A stretch of DNA of 32,000 nt. Source: Kofleriaceae bacterium (GTDB taxonomy: Bacteria > Myxococcota_A > Polyangia > Haliangiales > Haliangiaceae). The position numbers and the translations under genes were made by a program. Where the stretch lies: NCBI GenBank assembly GCA_965215005.1, contig CBDCCZ010000039.1, forward strand, positions 12,062 through 44,061, read 5' to 3'. Below, in pieces: positions 9,454-16,836 of this stretch (positions within the stretch are counted from its first letter, which is position 1; every line of letters starts with the position of its first letter). The notes under the pieces were generated by a model. The model was not told the DNA's origin and ran no database searches. It saw only the letters and a list, made by a program, of their open reading frames with translations.

Positions 9454-11100
9454 CTATCTCACGCAATACATGAGGCCGCGCACTTCGCAGTCGCCGCCGG
9501 TCGAGTCTTTCTCCCGACAGCTCGAGTCCACAGTCCCCGACGAGGGGACGGACACGCTCGCCGTGCCCTCTCGGATAGAGACGCCAGCGACCTGGCACAG
9601 GCCGTCCGAAACCCGGTCCGATGGACGCACCACGCGCACGGTTCCGCCACGAACCCCGTCCAGCTGCGCATCGGAAATGCGGCCGAGCTCGAGATTACAG
9701 GCCGCTTTCAGGCCGATCAGGCGGGAATCAGACGGGCAAGATGCCACGTCCGAGCATCCGTTAGCCGAGAGGCTGCGATGGCATCCGAAGGGCGTTTCCA
9801 GAACCTGGCAGGCATCCGACTGGGCTCGGTTGGCGAGCTCGCCATCACGACAGATGTACCCGACGTCGTTGCAAGACGGCTCGTCGAACGCGTCGCGAAA
9901 CAAGTGGACGAATTCATTGTGTCGCAGGAACTGAGTCGAGTATGCCTCTTCTACGTAGCAGCCGCTTTCCCGAGAGACCGGTGACGTGACCGTCTGGTTG
10001 GCGACGATGATGTTGGGATGATTCCGCGCATCCTTGTTCTTGATCATGTCGGAGACGCTGCGCTTTACGATTTGGTTCTGGGCGATCACGTTGTAACGGG
10101 CGAAGTCTCGATTGTCAGCGCTGCTTCCATAAGGATAGCCATTGTCTTCCGGGCATCGGTGGTGAGAACCGTTGCGCGAGTTTAGAAGAACCGCCGGGTC
10201 CGACCCCGAGTAGCTGTTGTAGTAAAAGACATTGTTGATGATTTCGTTGTACTGCGGGGTGGCGTGTCGGATCGTCCCTCCTTCTCCGCAGTTTCGGTAA
10301 ATGAAAATTCCGCCTCGGTGGAGAGCCGAAAACCGATTTCGCAGCAAGCGGTTGTGCGCCGAGCCATCGATGGCAATGAGCTCGCGGTCCACTGTGCGAT
10401 CTGCGTGGATTGTGTTTCCCTTGAAGGTGCCGTAGGCGGACTCCGCGTCGAGGTACATGGCGACGCCGTCGGCCACTCCATCGATTTCGGAGTCTTCCAG
10501 AAGGGTGTGAGTGGACCCGGGGCCGATGTAGAGGGGCGTTCTGCCGAATGCGGTAATTCGTAGCCGGCGCAGCTTGGTGCCCGTGGGAGCTGCGGCTCGG
10601 GTCCTGGCTGTGTGGCCAGCGCGGAGTGATGACGCTTTCAAGTCGGCGCCCTGACCGTTCTTCGCCATGCCCCAGATCCGCACGGCCCCTTTGATGTGAC
10701 AGTCTTCGATGGTGACGTTCTCAGGCCGGACCCATTGCGTGGTGTCGATTTTTTTCGACCGCACCTCGATCATGTCTGGGATGTAGTCGGTGCCGTGGCG
10801 GACGGTCCCATCGATCACGGCGTCTGGGGCGCAGGCGAACAGCACGTTCGACGCCGCCGTGCCCTCGAAGTAGAGGCGCTTCGAGATCACCGCGCCGCTG
10901 GGTACGCGCATGCTGCAGTCGATGATCACCGATTCGGCCCCATCCCGGGCCGGGGACACGACTTCTTGGATCTTAGACTGCGAGCACTCGGGGGCGGCTA
11001 AGAACGAAGGGCGGTCGGTCGCGCCGATGGCGTCCGGGTCCATCGGCGTGCATGCGAACGAACAGGCTACAAAGCATACCGCAAGTAGTGATTTGTCCAT
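9454..11100 (-). CDS. Secreted/lipoprotein right-handed parallel beta-helix protein with a Cys-rich C-terminal domain
   Basis: ORF track 9454..11100. The N-terminus MDKSLLAVCFVACSFAC is a signal peptide with possible lipobox cysteines. The central region has beta-helix-like repeats (NVTIEDCHIKGAVRIWG, THTLLEDSEIDGVADGVAMYLD, GNTIHADRTVDRELIAIDGSAHNRLLRNRF, IINNVFYY, NVIAQNQI). The last ~170 aa carry about a dozen Cys. GC is visibly lower than in the flanking genes. Confidence 0.75.
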   Translation of the reverse strand: MDKSLLAVCFVACSFACTPMDPDAIGATDRPSFLAAPECSQSKIQEVVSPARDGAESVIIDCSMRVPSGAVISKRLYFEGTAASNVLFACAPDAVIDGTVRHGTDYIPDMIEVRSKKIDTTQWVRPENVTIEDCHIKGAVRIWGMAKNGQGADLKASSLRAGHTARTRAAAPTGTKLRRLRITAFGRTPLYIGPGSTHTLLEDSEIDGVADGVAMYLDAESAYGTFKGNTIHADRTVDRELIAIDGSAHNRLLRNRFSALHRGGIFIYRNCGEGGTIRHATPQYNEIINNVFYYNSYSGSDPAVLLNSRNGSHHRCPEDNGYPYGSSADNRDFARYNVIAQNQIVKRSVSDMIKNKDARNHPNIIVANQTVTSPVSRESGCYVEEAYSTQFLRHNEFVHLFRDAFDEPSCNDVGYICRDGELANRAQSDACQVLETPFGCHRSLSANGCSDVASCPSDSRLIGLKAACNLELGRISDAQLDGVRGGTVRVVRPSDRVSDGLCQVAGVSIREGTASVSVPSSGTVDSSCREKDSTGGDCEVRGLMYCVR

Positions 11101-11129
11101 GAGCTGCGTCTCGGGATGACCGCGTTCGT

Positions 11130-11749
11130 TTACATCGCTCTACGGTGCCGCTGCAATGGGTTTTCTGCGGCGTCACGCGGTCTGGCCATACATCCTGGTG
11201 GCCCCTCTCCAAAGAGACGATCGACTTCGTTGTCGATCATGTAGTAGCGGATGTCGTCGCGATAGTGGCTAGCAATTTGCCCGCACTTCCAGCCGAAGTT
11301 GGCCACCCACTCATCTTCATTGGCCCCCATGTCGAGCTCACTGCGGAAGCGATCGCATGTGAGAGTCGGGCCCTGTTGCGGTGTTCGGCAACGGCGACAT
11401 CGCGGCGGCTAAAGTTGCACGCTATGCCCTTGCGCTCACATCCGACGTAATTTGCACCCATGGTGTGGCGCGTAGGCCGAGGTCCGCCACCACCGGCGAT
11501 ACACGATTGTTGAACTCATAGCTGTCGTCATAGCCGCTGCCGTCGTTGACTCCGACGAACAGCTCCGAGCCCGCCGGAGGTGGCTCCGAGCTGTCATCGC
11601 CGCCGAAGTCCCGACGCTGCGCATCGCTGCGGTTGCAGCTGTACAGCCTGGCGATGTTGCCGCTGATCGAGTCGCTGTGACGAAGGCCGCGACCCTTGCC
11701 ACCGGGACGGCGAGGTTGCGCGCGCGAGCCGGAGCACGCGCGCGGGCGC
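11130..11749 (-). pseudogene. Decayed coding remnant readable only across three frames, with no start codon
   Basis: Three minus-strand pieces with coding-like wobble GC lie in different frames. First: ...GNIARLYSCNRSDAQRRDFGGDDSSEPPPAGSELFVGVNDGSGYDDSYEFNNRVSPVVADLGL. Second, after a shift near 11460: GANYVGCERKGIACNFSRRDVAVAEHRN. Third, after a shift near 11370 at a GGGCCC run: TLTCDRFRSELDMGANEDEWVANFGWKCGQIASHYRDDIRYYMIDNEVDRLFGEGPPG. The first piece has no ATG/GTG/TTG after the preceding stop. Confidence 0.4.
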
Positions 11750-13648
11750 TCAGCCCCCGCAGGATGTAAGCAGCCAAAGTAAGGCGATCAGACCAGTGGC
11801 GCCGAGAAGGAACCGAGACCATCGCCAGCGTATGGTCGGCTGCGCGTTCAGCGCCCATGCATCGAGCTCTTCGCCCTGCCGAAACCAGTGCAGAGTGTGG
11901 TCGCGAAAGCCGGCGGCGCGCGCGGCCTCACCGGTGGGGTCGATGCGACCGAGCAAGACCGGCTCGAGGTGGCCAGCGAGGTCCATGAGCGGAAGCTCGC
12001 GAACCGTAAGCTCACCACGGCGATCCACGGCGTCGGAGCGCCGCGTCACCGGCGCGCGCGGGGTGCCCGCAGCCGCCGACGATGCGGGATCGTCGGCCGA
12101 GACGGCAGGTCCAATCGGCGCAGCGTGGCGCGAATCAGAGGAGCTCAGCGGGCCGCTGCGATGGCCAGCATCGTCGCGACGCGGTGCCGGGGCTGCGGGC
12201 GCCTGCAGTGGGGGCGGAGTGGGTCGCAAGGCTGCTCCGCGAGTGATCGATACGGTCGGCGTGGAACCTGGCGGAGCCGTGGGCCGTGCTGGCGCCGCGA
12301 TGGGAGACGCTGCGTTGCGGCTCGGAGACGCTGCGTTGCGGCTCGGAGACGCTGCGTTGCGGCTCGGAGACGCTGCGTTGCGGCTCGGAGACGCTGCGTT
12401 GCGGCTCGGAGACGCTGATGGAGGCGCCGGAAGTTTCGAGGAGCGGGATGCTGCGAGCTCGGACGCAGCGGCCGGCTTGAGAGTGGCGGTCTTGCCCGAG
12501 GCGTCTCGTGCGCCGTTCGCGGCCGCGGAAGGCGACGCCACCGAGCGCGGCTGCCTCGAGGGCTGCACCAGCGACGGCAACACGGCGGCGGGTCCCGGTG
12601 GGCGCCCGGTCGCTGCGCCGCCTCGTGGCGCGCGGGCCACCCGCGACGTGTGTCCCACCGCGGTGGGAAGAGGAGGCAAAGCGGTGCGCTGGGATGTCGT
12701 TGGTCGAGCGGCGGTCTCACGCGTGGTGCCGGAAACAAGTTGTCGCGCAGGCTCGGAACCCGATCCAACCGAGGGGCGAGATGGCGACGTTGCGGCTGGC
12801 AGACGCGTCTGTGTCGACGTCTCCTGCGACGGCGCGTAGGGCGACAACGACAAGATGCCCCTCGCCGGGGACGCCGCGCTCTTCGCCGAGGAGACGCTGC
12901 CTGCCACCGACGCAATGTCGCTCGCGGGCGGCGAGACGCTGCTTGCCGGCGACGCAATTCTGCTCGTGGGCGACGCCACGCTGCTTGCCGCCGGCGTAGC
13001 GCTCTTCGCCGGCGTAGCGCTCTTCGCCGGCGTCACGCGTTTCGCCGGCGACGCAATTGCACTCGTGGGCGACGCCACGCTGCTTGCCGGCGGCGTTGCG
13101 CGCTTCGCCGACGTCGCGCTCTTCGCCGACGTCGCGCGTTTCGCGGGGGACACAATTCCACTCGTAGGCGACGCCACGTTCTTCACTAACGACTCGTTCG
13201 AGCCGGTCGGTCGTTCCGCACGTGCCGATGACGCCGCAGCTTCCTTGGGATCGCGCGTCGCGGTTCGCGCGGGGCTTGCCTGCGGCGGCGGTCCCGGCAG
13301 CGCCGCGCGGGGAGCGCGAGCGGTTGTCGACGCGGCTGTCGCAGCCGAAGGGTCACTGGCGCGGTCGCGCAGGTCAATATCGGGCCGGGAGCCGGCCGCG
13401 AGACGCACGGACGGCGCAGACTCCGCCGCGGGTAGCGCAGACTCCGCCGCGGGTAGTGCAGACTCCGCCGCGGGTAGTGCAGACTCCGCCGCGGACGGCG
13501 CTGACTCGCGCGCGGACGGCGTTGCGATCGGCGCGCCGCCGGTAACCACTCCCCCGCCCAAGGCGCTGGGCAACCGGAATCGCCGCGCCGCGCGAGGCTC
13601 ATCGGACGCTGTAGCAGGAACAGGCTCTGACGTCCGATTGCGGTTCAC
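11750..13648 (-). CDS. Ala/Ser/Pro/Thr-rich repeat protein with a normal-looking C-terminal ~90 aa ending in a TM/lipobox-like segment
   Basis: ORF track 11750..13648 (GTG start). The C-terminus TVRELPLMDLAGHLEPVLLGRIDPTGEAARAAGFRDHTLHWFRQGEELDAWALNAQPTIRWRWSRFLLGATGLIALLWLLTSCGG has normal protein composition, while the antisense frame there is Arg/Ser junk. The upstream ~540 codons are low complexity with three repeat families. The + frame sharing wobble positions is also almost fully open, so the strand for 12.1-13.6 kb is uncertain. Confidence 0.5.
   Translation of the reverse strand: MNRNRTSEPVPATASDEPRAARRFRLPSALGGGVVTGGAPIATPSARESAPSAAESALPAAESALPAAESALPAAESAPSVRLAAGSRPDIDLRDRASDPSAATAASTTARAPRAALPGPPPQASPARTATRDPKEAAASSARAERPTGSNESLVKNVASPTSGIVSPAKRATSAKSATSAKRATPPASSVASPTSAIASPAKRVTPAKSATPAKSATPAASSVASPTSRIASPASSVSPPASDIASVAGSVSSAKSAASPARGILSLSPYAPSQETSTQTRLPAATSPSRPSVGSGSEPARQLVSGTTRETAARPTTSQRTALPPLPTAVGHTSRVARAPRGGAATGRPPGPAAVLPSLVQPSRQPRSVASPSAAANGARDASGKTATLKPAAASELAASRSSKLPAPPSASPSRNAASPSRNAASPSRNAASPSRNAASPSRNAASPIAAPARPTAPPGSTPTVSITRGAALRPTPPPLQAPAAPAPRRDDAGHRSGPLSSSDSRHAAPIGPAVSADDPASSAAAGTPRAPVTRRSDAVDRRGELTVRELPLMDLAGHLEPVLLGRIDPTGEAARAAGFRDHTLHWFRQGEELDAWALNAQPTIRWRWSRFLLGATGLIALLWLLTSCGG
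12303..12417. repeat. Perfect 21-bp tandem repeat, 5 full copies plus 10 bp (unit GGAGACGCTGCGTTGCGGCTC); encodes (SPSRNAA)n on the minus strand
   Basis: Counted directly: units start at 12303, 12324, 12345, 12366 and 12387, and a partial unit spans 12408-12417. Confidence 0.95.
12880..13177. repeat. About three imperfect 99-bp tandem units with an internal 18-bp sub-periodicity
   Basis: The marker GACGCAATT/GACACAATT recurs at 12951, 13050 and 13149 (99-bp spacing). The minus-strand peptide units are VASPTSGIVSPAKRATSAKSATSAKRATPPASS, VASPTSAIASPAKRVTPAKSATPAKSATPAASS and a diverged third unit. Confidence 0.75.
13416..13499. repeat. 21-bp tandem repeat, 3 near-identical copies plus 1 diverged (unit GCAGACTCCGCCGCGGGTAGT); encodes (ESALPAA)n on the minus strand
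   Basis: Counted directly: units start at 13416, 13437, 13458 and 13479. Confidence 0.9.
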
Positions 13649-13780
13649 TCGTCAAGGGTGAGCAATGGCCGTACCGGTCATGGCCCCCGCAACCTCCCGA
13701 CATTGCGTGTCCCATTCCCGCGAGCTCACCGGAATTCGGAATCACACTCACCGAAAATCCGACAGCGCCCCAATCGCAAC

Positions 13781-13815
13781 GCTCCTCGCGGCAGAAGCAA
13801 CGAAACGCGAGGAGC
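13781..13815. other. Perfect 10-bp GC-rich inverted repeat (GCTCCTCGCG / CGCGAGGAGC) with a 15-nt loop in the divergent intergenic region
   Basis: Read directly from the sequence. It lies between the minus-strand start at 13648 and the plus-strand start at 14101. No gene ends nearby, so a simple terminator role is unlikely. Confidence 0.3.
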
Positions 13816-14100
13816 ACCGGCATAGCTGCCATCGCTGCACGATGCGCGGCTCAGCGCTTCTGCACTGCGCAGCTTCGATGCCGCCGCGAAATGAGCCGCG
13901 CCCCGCGCAGCCCAAGCAACTACTGACGCCACTCGGAGCCGCTTTGCGAATGACAATCGCGCTTTCAATGGTTCGCGCTCGCGCTGTAGCGCCGCTCAAG
14001 GCCAGACGGCCACGCTCGCGCCCTCGACCGAATGCATAGCGGCGGCGCGGCGGCGCAAATTCACGCCCCGGAGTGCGGTCGTGCCTTACTATCAGAGGGG

Positions 14101-16104
14101 ATGTCGAGGCCAGCAGAAACGGCGGGGACGGTGCCAGCGGCGACCACAGAGCGGCACGAGCTCGCGCGCCTCGAGCAAGCGCTCGAAGATCTGGCCGCGA
14201 GCGGCGCGACCAGCGTGTCGCTCGTGCATTGCGCCAGCAGCGCCTCGGAGGCGAGTCTGGTCGTGGCGCTCACCGAGCACGCGCGAGCCCTTGGCTTCGT
14301 CACCGCGAAGGTGCCGCTGCGCAAGCAGGGGCTCGAGTCGCCCGACGCGCTGGTGCGCGCGATTCTGGCCGCACTCCGCGGTCCCGCAGAAACCACCGGC
14401 CTGCTGGCGCTGCTCGAGCTTTACTATGATGAGTACGGCACCGACAGCGCAGCGCGATTCGCCGAAGCGGCCCGTGCTCGCGGCGCCAATGGCGATCTCA
14501 CTGCCCTATGCCATGCCTACTTGAGCAGCGATGAGCCCGATGCGGTTGCCGAGAAACGCGCCTACAAAGCCTGGTGCGAGGGCGTCGAGCCGCCGCGCAA
14601 GTACCGCAACCAGGCCGTGCGGCGCGCGCTGTCGGAGCGCACTGCGCAGCGGGCGCTGAGCGAGCTCACCCGCATTGTTTGCGCCCTCGAGCATCGCGGC
14701 ACCTTCGTCATGCTCAGCGAGGGCGATGCGCTCGCCCGCCGCACCCAACGGCAGCGCGAGAAAGGCTACACGGTGCTGCGCGAGCTCGTGGACAACTTCG
14801 ATGGCGCCGGCGGTGCCATCGCCACGCGGGTGGTGCTCAGCGGTCGCGATGCGCTGTTTCACGGCCCCCACTCGCTGCGGGAGCTCGCGCCGCTGCGGAT
14901 GCGTCTTGAGATTCCTTCCGCCGCTGCGCCACCGCCGCCGCATCGCTCGTGGACCACGCTGGTGGATGACGTCGAGCCAATGCGCCATCGGCCGGTTACC
15001 GCGCCGGTCGCCAAACAGCTCACCGCGCTGCGCGACTTGATTCGCATCTCTGAGGGACTGCCGCCCTTAAAGAGCGTCACCGGCATGACCGTTGGCCAAG
15101 AGCGCCTCGATCGCACGGTGAAGCGCTTGTTCGAGCTCGTGAGCCGCGCCGGTCGCTTTTTCTCCGTGCTCGTCGGCGACTATGGCAGCGGCAAGACCCA
15201 CCTGATGATGCACCTTGCCGAGCGCGCCCTCGAAGACAGCAGGCCAGTTTTCTGGCTCAATCTCGAGCGCACGAATCTCGACCTCGGCAACCCTGCTCGG
15301 CATCTGTCGCGCTTCCTCGACCACTCCCAACTGCCGCTCCCCGGCCGCCCCACCGCGCTGTCGCTGGTGAGCCGCTGGACGCGCTCCACCGGCATCGCCA
15401 CCCTGCGGAGCTCAATGGTCGAGCTCGCTGCCGGCGCGGGCGAGGCCGCCATCGCGGCACGCAAAGCGCTGCGTATCGCCGACCGAGCACGCGATCCCGG
15501 CTTCGCCCTCGAAGGCTATCTCAGCGGCTTTGATCTCGATCAGCGGCCCGGCGACGCCACCTATCGCCGCGACGCCTACCGCCGCATCTTTCTCTGGTTC
15601 GAGCTGCTCGCGCGCCTCGAAGGCATCCGTGGGCCGCTCATCCTCATCGACGAAGCCGAGAACCTCTACACCAGCGGCAGGCCACCCGCCTCGCGCCGCA
15701 CCTCCCTCCGGTCGCTCGCATTCTACTGCGGCGGCGCGCTGCCCAGTACCTGCGTGATCCTGGCGATGACGCCGCCCGCCTTCGAAGAGCTCAAAGGCGA
15801 AGCGCGCGATTTACTCGCTGAGGCCAAGGAGATGGAAAGTACTCTAGCCCTCGAAGACGTCGACCGCTTCCGCCGCTCGCTGTGGGGTCTCAAGCCAGAT
15901 CCCGTCAAGCCGCTGAGCAAGGTCGAACGCGAAGAGCTGTGTGAACGCGTGCGTAAGCTGCATCGCGGCGCGCGCGGCATGATCGCGTTTGCGGGTTGGA
16001 ACGAGCACGTGCGTCATGCCGCCGCCGCCAGCGTCGCGCCGCGGGTGTTGATTCGCTCGGTGATCGATGAGCTCGAGTCTGCGTGGTGGGCAGCCCACCC
16101 TTGA
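14101..16104 (+). CDS. P-loop NTPase resembling the DUF2791 / BrxC-BrxD ATPase family, built from a degenerate N-terminal module plus an intact C-terminal module
   Basis: ORF track 14032..16104; I prefer ATG 14101, preceded by GAGGGG. The C-terminal module has FFSVLVGDYGSGKTHLMMHLAERAL (Walker A) and GPLILIDEAENLYT (Walker B). The N-terminal half aligns by eye to it but lacks the catalytic residues: SVSLVHCASSASEASLVVALTEHARAL and GTFVMLSEGDALAR. The family name is from memory of the GxYGSGKT-type P-loop of DUF2791 and needs an HMM check. Confidence 0.8.
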   Translation: MSRPAETAGTVPAATTERHELARLEQALEDLAASGATSVSLVHCASSASEASLVVALTEHARALGFVTAKVPLRKQGLESPDALVRAILAALRGPAETTGLLALLELYYDEYGTDSAARFAEAARARGANGDLTALCHAYLSSDEPDAVAEKRAYKAWCEGVEPPRKYRNQAVRRALSERTAQRALSELTRIVCALEHRGTFVMLSEGDALARRTQRQREKGYTVLRELVDNFDGAGGAIATRVVLSGRDALFHGPHSLRELAPLRMRLEIPSAAAPPPPHRSWTTLVDDVEPMRHRPVTAPVAKQLTALRDLIRISEGLPPLKSVTGMTVGQERLDRTVKRLFELVSRAGRFFSVLVGDYGSGKTHLMMHLAERALEDSRPVFWLNLERTNLDLGNPARHLSRFLDHSQLPLPGRPTALSLVSRWTRSTGIATLRSSMVELAAGAGEAAIAARKALRIADRARDPGFALEGYLSGFDLDQRPGDATYRRDAYRRIFLWFELLARLEGIRGPLILIDEAENLYTSGRPPASRRTSLRSLAFYCGGALPSTCVILAMTPPAFEELKGEARDLLAEAKEMESTLALEDVDRFRRSLWGLKPDPVKPLSKVEREELCERVRKLHRGARGMIAFAGWNEHVRHAAAASVAPRVLIRSVIDELESAWWAAHP

Positions 16105-16107
16105 CAC

Positions 16108-16595
16108 TCAGCGCCGCGGCCGCGTTGCCGCGTCCTCCCATTCATCGCCGCTTCGGCGGGAGATGCGCCTCTCCCGTTGCACCGCACCGGGCAACGCTCC
16201 TTCGGAGCCGAAGTAGACAGTGGTCTGCGCGGAGTCGAAGGGCTCGGCGCTATCGGAGCCTCGCGGTCCAGCGTGGGTCAGCAGCCGCGCCGTCGGTGCG
16301 CGCGGCTCGATGAGCGCGATTTCGACGTAGCCGAGACACCATAAGAGACGCTCGGTCCCGCGCCGCAGACGACCCACGGCCGCATCGGCGGCCGCCACCA
16401 CGACCGCCGCGATTCCCGCAAGAAGCCCTAGCACCCGCCGCAGTAGCCGTTGGAGCACGGCCGCAGCGAGGTGATGGCGCGGCGCAAGGGCGACGCCACC
16501 GCCGCGGCGGTGTGTCCGCTGCACCCGCGCGGCGGGAATGAGCGGCGCTTGCTGAGCTCGCAGCGCGCGCGACGGAGGCGCTAAGACCGGACGCA
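16108..16595 (-). CDS. Hypothetical small protein with one hydrophobic segment, convergent with the ATPase gene
   Basis: ORF track 16108..16614 (TTG start; in-frame ATG at 16595). Wobble positions in the 3' half are mostly G/C, and there is one hydrophobic stretch, VLGLLAGIAAVVVAAADAAV. The sequence is Arg-rich overall and I recognise no motif. Confidence 0.3.
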
Positions 16596-16836
16596 TCCAC
16601 GCCCGAGGTTGCAAAGGTCAAACCAAGCAAGAGTCGACAGCGACAGTGCGGGGTTTCGCCACCTTGGAGCCCGCTGCCCCCCCGAGATCGAGGATTTCAG
16701 TCTCCGGAGCGGTGTCGCGCCCGCCCTCGCCGGTAGACGTTCGAAATGAACGGTTCGCGTCGTTGAGAGCACGTCTCGCGACGCCATCTGCGGCCGCGGC
16801 TCGTTTGTATAGCGGCCTGCGCTACACTCGCCCGCT

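Noticed and set aside
13650-14100. ORFs 13665..14039 (+), 13726..13968 (-) and 13748..13999 (-) in the divergent intergenic region
   Set aside because: The products are Arg/Ala/Ser/Cys-rich with no motifs and no RBS. They are more likely a promoter/leader region.
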